From assembly GCA_000165425.1 (NCBI GenBank), contig CT868051.1, positions 62,001-126,000 of the forward strand: a DNA stretch of 64,000 bases, in the 5' to 3' direction. The position numbers and the translations under genes were made by a program. This DNA is from Paramecium tetraurelia (Eukaryota). The stretch's first letter is position 1; every line of letters starts with the position of its first letter. Positions 39,897-52,352 of the stretch are shown piece after piece. The notes beneath the pieces were generated by a model. That model was not told where the DNA came from and did no database searches. It was given only the letters and a program-made list of their open reading frames with translations.

Positions 39897-40635
39897 TCAA
39901 TTAAATATTATTCTTTTCCAACCAATAATTACCTCATCCTTGTCCCAGGATTAGTTAAATTGATCTTCAAAACTAAATAATAGTTAAACTGCAATCCATA
40001 CCCGACTCTAATATAGGTAACAAAGTAGTTGCCATCTTTGCATTCCACCTTGACTCTCCTGGAATACGATTCTGCAATCCAACCTGCATCCTCATAATTT
40101 TGTTCAGCCAAATCAATGTATCCATCTCCCACTCCAACAACTACAGCAACATGACCCCAAGGTTGATGTTCACTTTATGGTGCTAATAGCAAATCACCAA
40201 ATTTTGGTGGTCTAACATATGAATTCAATATATACTCAGGTCCACCTTGTTTGAATCCTACCAATGGAAATGTGCCTGCTTCTTTTGTCAAATCTTCAAC
40301 AGTTTCCAAGTCCCAAATGTCAGGTGCTTTTTAAATATCTGTAAACATGGTTTTATAATTCAACACAAAAAATCTTCTAGCAAATTCAACACATTGATAT
40401 CTATTTTTAAATATATAGTTTACTTGTAGCCCATAAAAATATCACACCTCAATCCAGATTCTTCTTTCTTATAATGAACTTCATAGAGGTGAACTTTCGT
40501 TATATCATAATTGGGTTCACAATTCGAATACCCAATGACACCACCATGTGCTACACCGATCTAAGAACCCCAGGGAGGATGTTATTTATTCATTGGTCTA
40601 AATAGATATTCTATTTTCTTAAAATATTTATACAT
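39897..40635 (-). CDS. stand-alone CHAP-domain amidase (glutathionylspermidine/trypanothione amidase type)
   Basis: GYSNC..MGYK/YQCVEFARR, WGHVAVV, AEQNY, terminal IIGWKR. The start could instead be the ATG at 40593. Confidence 0.85.
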
Positions 40636-40780
40636 TATTAAACAATTAGATTTCGATTAGAATTCACCATCAATCGATGTAGAATTTAAAAATACCTATA
40701 ACCCACCAATAAAAGATTATGTTTGTTGAGTGATGTAAATAATAATAATTTATTTAAAACTCTTATTGAATTTACTGTTC

Positions 40781-41497
40781 ATGCTAAAATAATTCAAGAG
40801 ATGTAGTTTTAGATCTAAATCACTGCCAAGAGGGATTCCCTTACTTGTTCATAAGTTTATAAATACTCGAGTGCGCTATGTTCGTAGAAATGCAATCAAG
40901 ACTTATGCATCTGGACCTTTAGAAACTCCAACAACCATTGCCCGTCGAAAATCTTGTGAGGGAGATGAGTTTGGCTACTTTCGATCCAGTAAGGAATGGA
41001 TGCAGTTAGTTAAAATTGATAATCCACAACATCGGAATTAGAATTTAGCCAGAATCGTATTTTTAAGACTCAAACACGGGAATTCACCAAGTCAATCTAA
41101 GCGCGTTCTTTCTTTAAAAAAGTGTATGAATATTAGATTGATGTGATTAGGCTTCAAAGACCAAGTAAATTTGCTCCGTATATTATCAACTTTTAAACCA
41201 AAAGTAACAGTTTAATAAATTGATCTTGTTAACCAATCAAAGAAGATTAATATGCCTCTTTTGCCATCTCCCAAGGCTAAAGTGCATACTAAATTATTCC
41301 CCTTCAATAAGTCAATTACCATCGATCAACCTCTTTTTCCAAAAAAGATGCATAGAAATTGGAGCCAATTGGATATTATGTCACCTTAAAAGGCAATAAC
41401 ATAACCAACTTCCAATTATGTGAGTCCAAGGAAGTTCAAAAAATCAATAATGAACATATACGGAATTTCAAATACTATGCACCTCATAAAGTACTGA
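40781..41497 (+). CDS. basic hypothetical protein
   Basis: Intronless 238-aa frame MLKQFKRCSFRSKSLP..RRKSCEG..; TGA41495-41497. Confidence 0.7.
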
Positions 41498-41599
41498 TTT
41501 AATTTCAATAACAAAATATAATTATCAAATTGATATATAAATCACAAAAATCGTTACTAAATAGCCTAAAAGCATACTAAAATCATCCCTTATTTGACT

Positions 41600-42276
41600 A
41601 TCATAATAATGTCCTTTTAAATGTAATAAAGTTAATCACTTCAGTTATCTCTTTCTTTGCATGATTTCCTTTTTAATTTCTATAATAGAAATGGAGAATT
41701 TATTATTAAGATAGTGGAAAGGAAATATTTAAAATATTTCATCCTCCAATTAGTTACAATCCCCATATAAATGCTGAATCTAAGGATAATTGAGATCCAA
41801 GAATTTTATGATAATTTATACATCTGATATTAGGCGTTTTAATCTTTAAAAGTTTTGAAATTGTAGTCATTAAAATTCTTCTATCATTTGATATCAGATA
41901 TCTATATGATATTTGTTAGGTAAACAAAGAGAATCCGGAACTTACTCACAATAGCAATTTTGAAAGGATAGATAAAATATCAATTTGAAGTTACCTATTA
42001 AATGCTCAGAAGGCTAAGAAAGATATATTTAGAACTATGTATTTAAGATAAGGAAATAGAGAAACTATTAGAGTAATTTTTTACAATTTCATTAATAAAA
42101 AGTGTGATCAATGATAGATTTTATCCCTTGACCACATTAGGATCAGATTGATCTGAGATTTCTTGTGAGGGTATATCATTTGGAAATTTGAATTTTTAAA
42201 ATATCTAAGAAATAATAGTAAGAGGATTATTGATATAAAATAAGAAAAATAAAATGAAAATTGTGCATAATATCAT
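41600..42276 (-). pseudogene. possible disrupted membrane-protein gene
   Basis: ATG42276 gives hydrophobic MILCTIFILFFLFYI and is open for ~95 codons, after which all frames hit TGAs. The 3' limit is a guess. Confidence 0.25.
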
Positions 42277-42301
42277 AGATATATTATTAATTCATGTGTT
42301 T

Positions 42302-42993
42302 TCAATTGACAAATTTATAGTATATAATGAGAATATTTCCAATTGTTAATATGCAAACCAAAGTCATCAATATCCCTTTATTGTATTATTCCCTATTCTT
42401 AATCATAGTTGCATGCCTCTAAGTCATTTTCACTCCACTCTAGATCTCTTTGGTCTAAATTAGTAACGATATTATTACATCTTCAATGGCTCTTAGTAGT
42501 TTCTCCTTCTAACTACGAAGATTATCAAGAATGCTGATTTAAGTGTCTTCTGCTTCAAGTAATCTGGAATCCAGATTATTTAATTGCTTAACTTATGTGT
42601 GCAAATCAGAATTCAAGCCGCTGATCTAAGAGGGCTGTGTTTTAGTAACAACTTTGCTAAAGTGGGATTGAGGTTGCTTATCGATATCTAATTGTAAATC
42701 TCTCAACTTCTTTTGGCATTCTGTGTAAAGCATCTTATCTTATTTAAACTTTTATGCAAATTCCTGTTTATTCTACTCATTAAAGGAACTGTATTCAATT
42801 TCCATGAATTTGAACTATATAAGACGTTGATTATATCGATTACTTGTTATTCTGCTTAAACATGAATAAGTTTCATCTTCTCCAAAGTGAGTTGTTTACT
42901 TTGAGTCAGGGAGTATTGTTTATAGAGGTTGTTAAATTCATCCACTTTTTTATTGAAGTTAATATCATTCTATTGAAACATGTTTGAAGCCAT
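42302..42993 (-). CDS. Qb-SNARE, Vti1-like
   Basis: Helical N-domain, SNARE motif EAEDTQISILDNLRSQKEKLLRA, C-terminal TM ILMTLVCILTIGNILIIYYKF. Confidence 0.75.
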
Positions 42994-43002
42994 TAATTTA
43001 AT

Positions 43003-43573
43003 TAATAATATTTTATAGTATATCAACAGTATATTCCCTAGAGATCAACACTCAAATCAATCCCAATTCAACACTTTGCTAATGAGTACTCTGTTCTACA
43101 TAAATCTCACATACATTCCAGTCTTATTTGAGGCCTTTTCTAAAGTCATTAGTCTTAATAATTATAATATCAGCTTTCAATAATTACTCCTTTTAATTTT
43201 TGAGGTCTTCCATCATGTCATGCTGCTATCCAACTGTATTGATTAATGTTTGAATGAATTTCTCTAATTCATAAATTGTGTTTATAATTGAAATTTATTG
43301 TTTTATATTTTCTTCAAGTGTCTGTAATGAATAATGGCTGAGGCTATCCAACAGTTTTCGATGATTGAATGGTGTTCAAATTCTTTTTGGCTATTGAAAA
43401 TTGATTATATGTCACTTCGTTTTGTATCTTAATTTGGCCTTCAAAGTTGATTCACACATTTTGAATTCATATTAAATAGACAGTTTATTAAATGATATAT
43501 GAAGCAAGAGAATATTTTTGATAGGCCTTGTTAAATTTCATTTAGAAGTCACTCTCATATTTTTATCCATCAT
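43003..43573 (-). pseudogene. decayed tandem duplicate of the Vti1-like SNARE
   Basis: Fragments FNKAYQKYSL, MMEDLKNQKEQLLKA and LGNILLIYYKI match the neighbour but lie in different frames with in-frame TGAs. Confidence 0.65.
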
Positions 43574-43612
43574 TTGAGATATTATTATTAATAAATAAAT
43601 AACATAAACAAT

Positions 43613-45337
43613 TCAAAGATTCTTTGAGATTCTCATTGTCTTCTATCTTTTCAAACTCACTTTCATGCGAGATTGCTTCTCTTAATTTAATTAATTAGTA
43701 TCCTCATCTAAAAAGATAAATGAGCTCTACTCTAGAATTGAACTTACAAATCGTTCAACATCTGAATGAATGAAGAATTAGTTTTTCAATTACATAGCAA
43801 ATATGTCATTGTTCAATTTGAAGATTCTCTATCTCAAAGTAACAATATCGACAGTGTCTCTAACAAATCTCATTTGCAATTTGACAGCCTTCAATTCCAA
43901 TCTATATTTTTTGATTTCCCTTTATTCCCTAATGTGAGATCGATAACGATCCCTCATCAACAAAGTGATGAACTAATTCTAAAAGTAAGTTTGATATCCC
44001 TTTTCATAGAGATACTTGATCCAAGTGATGAATCTCTTATCCATTTTTTATAGAGATGGAACAGTGTGTATCTTCAAAGTGTATTAATCCCATTTTTGAA
44101 TCATCTTAGCCTTGTAGTCTCTCACATTCCTTACAAATTGATTGAGATTCACCTTGATCAACTATAACTTGCCACATGCTATCATTGCTTTCTTCTTGAA
44201 CATAAACAATGAGGCTCTCCACTTCAACAAAGGCAATACAGAACCCAAAGAATTGTGGATGAATCTCCTCCTTGCCTACTTACAATACATCATCAGAGAC
44301 AACACAGTATCTCCAATCACTCGATGTTGAATGTCTCCTCTCTCTCTCTATCGATTCTCCCTGAATGTCTTGATTCTCAACTACAAACCTATTACCATCA
44401 TCTTATTCTTCATCAATTGCTTTCTTCTCTACTATAACAAAGTGTTCAATGTGTCTATAAGCTTGATGTAATAGAGTAATTCAAACCAAAGATATTTTTA
44501 TTCTCTTCTCCTCTCTCTGTTTCGTAAGGCTGATGTTATCAATTTATATTAGTCATGTGCCCATTCCTTGGCCTTAAATTCAAGGTTCTTTATTTAGTTT
44601 GCTTCCAATACGGACTTCTTTTGCAGATTTCTTGTTTTCAATATCTGCAAAAAACGATCTGATCGACTAACCTCCATCTCGAACTTGTTCACCTTCCTAA
44701 ATGCTAGAACCTTATTCTAATTCACTATGAATTAAGGTGTCTTTGGTATCTCGTCACTAATTGGAATTCTTTCATGATTACTAGTCATACGAACCAATTT
44801 GCGGAAAGAATCTGCTTATCCAAAATGAACCATAAACTTCATCTCTGTTTATTTTCTAGCAACTACTGCCAAATGTAATTTATCTTCCCCATTATGTCTC
44901 ACTGCCCATTGTCTACTTCGAATAACTTAATCACAATTGAATTTTGTTGGAAAAGGTGAATTAAAGGAAATCATTATCTAAAACTCCCCGTCACAAAACA
45001 TAGTACAATTCAGAGGAGATTTCTACCCTCTGGTCCCAATATTACAATAATAAAACTCCATCGGAGCTACTTTATAAACCTTGCCTGAGATTATAGTGCC
45101 ACCCAATTAACACTCACATTAAACACTTGGCTCTGTTGTCATTTACTTGACTACCTACCTAACATTCTTAAACTCCTCCACGCTCTCCAATATATTCCAA
45201 GTTCTCTAAAATCTTTCAGTTGTTTCTTCCAGGATCCTCGATTGATCCATCACTCCAGAACCACAGGTCTATGATCTAAAGTGAGAAATCGATGGAGAAC
45301 TTAGCTAATGACTTGGACTTAATATTGATTTTTTCAT
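43613..45337 (-). CDS. hypothetical protein
   Basis: Long frame from ATG45337 (MKKSILSPSH..SFNSPFPTKFNCD..), charged middle region; terminal 22-nt intron inferred. Confidence 0.7.
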
Positions 45338-45564
45338 TTTAGCAAAACCGTATTTATATTATTATATAATCATTCTTATTAATAGTTATAATGTTTATTA
45401 TATCTTCTTATTGATGTTTTTAATTCATTATCCAAACCAAACCAAATCTAATTTATTTATTAAAAAATTTAGTATTATTATCATTATTTCAAAATTCTGT
45501 AAGTTTAGCGTTGAATTCGATTAAATTCTTTAATTAAGATTTTAATTTAATTATAAATGAATTC

Positions 45565-45588
45565 TTAAGCTATGTGACCCAAAGTGAT
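45565..45588 (-). repeat. 24-bp motif, copy 1
   Basis: Reverse complement ATCACTTTGGGTCACATAGCTTAA matches 59791-59814 at 21/24 positions. Confidence 0.55.
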
Positions 45589-45733
45589 TTGAATGTTCTA
45601 AATTATGAAATAAGGGATAACGAGCAAATGTACATCTGTTATTGATGTAGACTTCCTGAATAGATAGAACAATTGGATAATGGAAAAATTGTTAATTTGG
45701 ATGCACTTATTTATTTATATTTAAATAATCGTT

Positions 45734-47835
45734 TCAAGGTCCAGAGTTTTACCAATTTGTTTCCAGTCATTTAGTTAGGTCTTTGATCTCCTGTGTGACC
45801 ACCATTGAGCATGTGAGTCAAGATTTCTTTAGTATACTAAAATGATGTTATTTAATAAGATTACCTTAAGTCTTTTGGCCATTTCTGTATTTTAACTATC
45901 AAGAGCAGTGGCTAAAGGATAATGGCTTCTTTCTCCATTTTTGTTTACATAAGTGACCATCTTATGTTCTGATGATAATATGATTTCAGTCTTATCAGTG
46001 AAATTAACCTAAAAATGAGAATAATTGAATACTTAGACAATTTTATTGGATAATCTAAACATGATAGCATGTTTTGTTTTCATCCATTTTTTAACATAGA
46101 CTACTTATTTACTGTCATATTCTTCTACTGCCATATCGGATCTGTTTTATTCGCCTTCAAGATAGTTTCTGAAATGTTGAAGTAAAGTGACTTTCTTTTA
46201 TAGTTCTCTGGGATAATCATTTAAATTATGGGATTCACAAATATCCTGTCTGTCAGTTCCTTTTCTTTCCATGTATTCAAATTGTAGTGATTTAGTATCT
46301 AGTATAATTTTAGTAGAATCATTGAAGAACACTCCTGTGGCACTATTGCTTAAGAGATATCCCAATCCATATTTGCTGGAATAGTCTACCCACTTTTTAA
46401 CGTAAATCTCTTATTTTTATTGTGGTGCTCTTTAGCCAAGATTATTAACAGAATGAGTTCCTTGCATTCCAGTACCACCAAAAGGAGTAGTAAGAGTCTT
46501 TTGACTTTGACTACTTCTGATGTCATTGGGTTTCTGGGATTGAGGTCTTTGAGCTCCTCCATAACCGGCATTCTGAGCATTATTTAACCCGCTGGAACCA
46601 AAGTTATCTTCTAAAATATTTCCACTAGAACTGGGTTTCTACACTAGGAGAATAATGCTTGATGAATACATGGGAAACGATCAGAAGAACCATTGCCAGG
46701 TCGTTATTGATTTTTCTAATTGTTTGGGGTGGTTTCAGTCAATCTTTGAGGCATGGCATTTACTGACATTTTTAGACTGCTTGAATTTGTGGATGGTTAG
46801 AATTGTTTATTGTAGGATGCTGAAGGAGGACAAGCAAGAGTAGAAAGTGGAAGAGTCTTTGGAATAGAGCCACCTGTATTCATGAATGGATGAGACATGA
46901 TTTCATCTAAAGTTGGTCGTTTCACTGGATCTAAATTCAGAATTCTAGTAATGAGATTCTTGGCTGCATCAGAGATGAGAACGTGTTCTGGAAAAGTGTA
47001 TGAATTCAATCTGATTTTCCTATAGGTGGTTTTGACATCTGGTGTTTCAAAGGGAGGTTTTCCAATAAGCATTGCATAGATTATAACTCCCAAAGACCAG
47101 ACATCAACTTCGAAAGAGTGACCAACCTTTCCATCCAAGACTTCTGGGGCAATGTAATTGGGTGTTCCACAAATAGTTCTTTTTTTCTCTCCTTCGAATT
47201 CCAATTTAGTTGCCAAACCGAAATCGCCCAGCTTCAATTCCATAGATTTGTTGAGGAATAGATTTCCTAATTTGAGACTTAAAATATTAATGAGGATACT
47301 CTCTATGAATCACATTAGTGGCATGTAAGTATTTGAGTGCGTTAATTATCTATGCAACGTAACATTACACCTCTATTTCTGTTAGTCTTTTGCGTCGTTT
47401 TATTAATTCATTTAGAGTCTTATTTAAATGGATAATAGTTACTTGATTAGAACACAACTCCAAAAGAATGTATACATTTTCGTGATCCTCGAATACGTGC
47501 TCGAATTGTACGATATTAGTATTTTGCAAACTTTTGTGTATTTTAATTTCAGAAATAAGCTAATTCATAACATCAAACAATTACCTTTTAACGAGCTCTA
47601 TTCTTAGTTAAACTGCTTTTAGCTATTATCTTGGCTGCCAACACTTTCTTTGTCTCTAAATTTGTTGCCTCGTAACACTTAGCAAAACCACCCTTTCCTA
47701 AAAACTTGCCTCTCTAGTATCTTTTTATTGCCACTTCTCCATTAACTTTAGTGATTTTTTCTTCAAAGATCACCACCTACTCCGAACTTTATTTACAACT
47801 AAATTTTACCCTTCTGCTGTGTTCTTCTCGTCCAT
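45734..47835 (-). CDS. PLK1: Polo-like kinase with two polo boxes (3' end uncertain: 45734 with a 1-nt correction, otherwise 45489)
   Basis: [35 protein letters not shown]; polo boxes [16 protein letters not shown] and [23 protein letters not shown]. Confidence 0.95.
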
Positions 47836-47876
47836 TATTTTAAACTATTTAAATTATTATCTGATTTTTATATATT

Positions 47877-48062
47877 ATGGATATACCTATATACCCCGAT
47901 TCTATCTTTAATATTAAGAGACATTACAACTGCGATAAAAATAAGAAAAAGGCCAATCCTCAAGAAAGTGATGATGAAACCATCCAAAAGCAAATCAAAT
48001 ATTTATACAATGATCTCTAGACGTGTTTGAAAAGAGAATCCAGAAAAATTAAAAAAAAGTGA
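47877..48062 (+). CDS. small basic hypothetical protein (61 aa)
   Basis: MDIPIYPDSIFNIKRH..KIKKK-TGA; divergent from PLK with a 41-nt spacer. Confidence 0.5.
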
Positions 48063-48086
48063 ACTATAAATCTATAATTATTTTAA

Positions 48087-48500
48087 ATGCATTAATATCA
48101 AGAAGCTTTACTTAAAAATACATGTATCCTTCCATTTTTAATTAGTGAGAGGAGAGGACATTATAGTCAATCTCTAAATTTACAATTCAACTGCTCAATA
48201 GGATAGATAGCAATTTCTTAAAGCATTACAAGAATTAGCAAATGAGAAAAATGTCAAAATTGATGAACAAACCCGTATTCTGCAACTTCGATTACCAGGC
48301 ACCACAACCATAGCCAATATTAAGTCAGATTTAGAAAAATATTGCAATCAAAAAATTGTAATCAAATATTTTGATTATCCTAGATATTGATGTGCGAATC
48401 GATGGTCCCAAATCCCCTAGATGTCATTGGAGATATCAAGTGTACAACTCAAAAACAAGAGGTTCACTTATAATTGTGTTCTTAAGTAATTGCAGGATGA
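48087..48500 (+). CDS. 121-aa protein with possible ubiquitin-like fold ending in Gly
   Basis: Introns 48124-48145 and 48358-48383; ..LQLRLPGTTTIANIKSDLEKY..VIGDI..VHLQLCSQVIAG-TGA. Confidence 0.65.
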
Positions 48501-48514
48501 TGATGATTTATAAT

Positions 48515-49640
48515 TCACAATAATTTATTTACAACTATTTTCAATTATTTCTATTTTTTGTTCCATTTAGCTGAAGGATGCTCATCATCCACTTAACATC
48601 CAAAATCTAACTCTATCTTCTCATCCATTATAGTTGTTAACTTCAATCCATGACTCGAAATGTTAAGATCAATGTCCTAAAAGTTTTCCACATTAACATT
48701 TATAGTTATTAATATTTTATCCTTCTAATGGACAACCTGATATTTCTCCACCTCATTCTTAGTATCAATTTCCTCAATTAAAACTTTATTTGGTGCTTTT
48801 TTTTGACTCTAATTTTGAGCATTTAATATTAAATCATTAAGAGAATCATTCTATCTAGTGAAACTGAGATTCTATTAAATGTTTTCCCTTGGATTCTAAA
48901 CCTAAGGAGTCTTCCTTCCTTCTTTATCAGCCTACGGTTCTAAGAGTATTTTAAGTGGCTTCTTAGGTCCACAATATTTGTATGGTTTGCTGATTATCTT
49001 AAGAGAAGGAATTTCAAATTTATAGAATGCTTTAAAGTAAACAAACTTAACAGGATTTTTGTCTAATTCTATCCTTTTCTATACTGTATCAATTATAATT
49101 GACTATAGAATTTGACGATTGATCTAAAACATTAATTGATAGTCTTACTTTTTTAAAAACATCTGTATTAATAACAATATCATAATAGTATACTTAGGTA
49201 TTGAATGAAGTTGACTTACCAATTTGGACATCAGAAATAGAAAGAGGAATTAAATTATATTATGCTGGATTGTCTGTTGGAGTATCATTTTTATCGAATG
49301 CTCCCAATACTCGATCATGATGGAGTAGATTGATATAAAATTTGGTTCTTTTTTCTAATTTATCAAATTGGAAATTTTCTTATTTGATTTCGTTTTATTT
49401 CAATAATAGCTTGCTTTCCAATTCATTGATGGATTATTTAAGGAGATTGCCCCAAATTTTCATGGAATAAGCAAATTGAGGTGCAATAGATAATTCTTCT
49501 ATTTTTTGCTGTTTCTCAATTTTCATCTCTTCCATTCCTGCTTGAATGTTTTTCTCAACAAATTATTTATATGCTTAGGGATCGGAGACAGCCATATCAT
49601 CAAGCATCTTCCAAATATGTTGAGCTTGTGATTAATCCAT
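48515..49640 (-). CDS. PIH1D2-like protein (R2TP-like co-chaperone)
   Basis: N-terminal IWKMLDDMAVSDPQAYKQFV typical of PIH1D2; C-terminal CS-like domain (IDLNIS..SAKWNKKQKQLKI). Confidence 0.75.
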
Positions 49641-49658
49641 TTATTAATATTATTATAA

Positions 49659-50932
49659 ATGGTTGATCACATCTCGAAACAATATAAAACAATTACAATC
49701 TGTCATCCAAACTATGCACCATTTTAGGTTATGATTAATGAATATTCGACCATTAAGGAGATCTCAAGACAGATGCGTTTGGCATGGCGAATAAGTCCAA
49801 AAGAGTTGCGATTATTTAATGCTAGTGGAATTGAAATATTTTAAGAAGATCTTAGATTTTAACCCAAGCAATCAAAATTATGGGCAACTTTGAATGGGTA
49901 GGAACTTGATTAGAACATCATCTTTCAAGAATACACAATTTTAGATTAAATTGGATAAGGAGGACAAGGTGTTGTGATGTTAGGATAGCACAAGGAGACA
50001 AAAGTATATGTAGCAATTAAGATAATAAAAGGAGATGGATTCAATGCGGATGAAATAGATCTATTGTTTAGGGAATCACAAATACTCAAATAATTGAGTC
50101 ATAGGAACATTGTTCATTTGATTCAAAATATAATGTTAAATCATGAATGCATATTGGTAATGGAACATCTCTAAGGAGGATCTCTCTTGGATTTGGTGAG
50201 AAGGAAAGGACATCTGGATGAGATTGAAGCTAGGATCTACATGAAATAGATATTAGAGGGGATTGAGTATTGCCATAAGAAAAATTTGATCCACAGGGAT
50301 TTGAAATTAGAGAATATCTTGCTTGTCTCTCCCAATAGTACATAAGTAAATATACTATGCATTATAGATAGATAAAAATAGTAGATTTTGGAATTGCATG
50401 TTGTGGTAAGGATCGAATTCGCATGGGCACTTTGCCATACATGTCTCCTGAATTGATATCTGGATAACCAGCCTCTCAGCTTTCTGATGTCTGGGCAATT
50501 GGAGTGATTTTGTATGCTATGGTCTTTGGGAAATTGCCATTTAGAGGATCTACAAGGGAGGAACTCATTTAAGCAATCAGCATATTTAAATACACCATCC
50601 CTTAGAAGGTGAGTAATGATTTATTAGATTTATTCAAACAAATATTCCAATATCGGAACAGGATCACAATATCAGGAATTTTGAATCATAGATGGTTGAG
50701 TGAAAGTCATGCTATTCCTGCATTGAGTTTATTGAAGATGCTATAAGTCACTACTCCTCTAAAAGTGACAACCAAGAAACCAAAGTCAAATATGCTATAA
50801 AGTTGTCGAAAGAGTTCTATATAAAAGGAGGAATCCTAAACAAATATTGGAAATGTGACTGCCAAACCTATCAAAATAGTATTAAAGTAAAGATCTGGGA
50901 GAGCTAAGAGTTAACTTTTATTGAGCAACTGA
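49659..50932 (+). CDS. CAMK-group (SNF1/MARK-like) kinase with N-terminal KHA/DCX-like domain
   Basis: [31 protein letters not shown]-terminal [15 protein letters not shown]. Confidence 0.9.
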
Positions 50933-50984
50933 CTATTGGATGATAATATAAGACATAATTTAATTAAAAATACTTCACTTATAA

Positions 50985-52263
50985 ATGTTTCACGAGTCTG
51001 ATGAACTTTCTAACACCAAAACACTCAATATCACTTTGCTAGGCAGTGATCGTAAGTTTTAAATATCCATCTATGGCGATACTTCACTTAAAGAATTGAG
51101 ATAATTATGCGAATAGAGACATTAAATTAGTCTTAGACACTTTCGAGTATTTACTTAGGATGGAGTGGAACTGTTTAATGAGGATCTGATTTACTTGAAA
51201 GATAATTCAAAATTGTACATAACAAGAGGAGAAGACTTTGATGCAAATATCATCCATCAAGAATATGAGATATTGGAATAGTTGGGCAAGGGAGGATTTG
51301 GTAAAGTATTGTTGGGTAGACACAAAGAAACACTCAACTTAGTTGCTATTAAGTATGTGAATACCAGAAACAGAGATGCTAATGACATTGAGTTGGTTTT
51401 TCGTGAAGCCTATTTACTGAAATCACTTAACCATAAAAATATAGTCAAATTCTATAATTGTTATCCACTCTCCAACATGCAAGTCATTGTTGTTATGGAA
51501 TATTTGGAAGGTGGTGATCTATCCAAATACACTCAAGGTATTTAAATTCTGTAATGAAGCCAAGGGTCAGTTATGTGAAGAGGAGGCTCGAATGTATTTC
51601 AGATAGATTTGTGATGCCATGATGTATTGTCATAATCGCAAACTCATCCATAGGGATCTCAAACTAGAAAATCTCATGTTCGCCAATAAGAATGATACAT
51701 TGATTAAGGTCGTTGATTTTGGAATTGCTGGTATGGCTGTCAACAGTAACATGGATAAACTAAACATCGGAACCATCAGGTACATGGCACCAGAAACTCT
51801 CCAAGGAAATAACCAAAAGATAGGTCCACACATTGATGTTTGGGCCATGGGAGTTATACTCTTTCATCTCATCTTTGGGAAGTATCCTTTTGATGGAGAC
51901 TCCAATTTTGACATCATTCAAAATATTACAACCAGCAATTACACATTTTCCAAAAAGAATGTCTCTCCATATCTAATTGATCTATTATCCAGAATTTTCT
52001 TAATTGATCCACAAAAAAGAATCAAACTATATGACATTCTCAATCATGAATGGATGAAAATCTCATTCGAATAAGAATATTTTGAAATGCCTTAGTTTGT
52101 ACCCAGAACCTAATTTCGATTACCATCTATAGAGAATGCAAAGTAACACATTGGAAATTAGAAATAGAAGAAGGTCAATAGATCATTCACTCCTCTAAAA
52201 AAGAATTCTCCTAGAAGAAGAAATAGTTTCATCATTAAAGGAGTCTTAAAGAGATACCCTTGA
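50985..52263 (+). CDS. CAMK-group kinase, tandem paralog with the same N-terminal domain
   Basis: [30 protein letters not shown]-terminal RVFTQDGVELFNEDLIYLKDNSKLY. Confidence 0.9.
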
Positions 52264-52352
52264 AAATAAATTACTTGACTATTTAATGCTTATGATAAAT
52301 TCTTTTTGGTATATAAAATTTAAATTAATAAATTTGAATTATTTTCTATTTT

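Noticed and set aside
40636..40783. CHAP gene starting at a CATG shared with the divergent gene's ATG
   Set aside because: The 49-codon in-frame extension looks non-coding, and such openness is common by chance when only TGA stops.
45432..45446. CCAAA x3 as an internal telomeric repeat
   Set aside because: Paramecium telomeres are CCC(A/C)AA hexamers; this is a short pentamer run.
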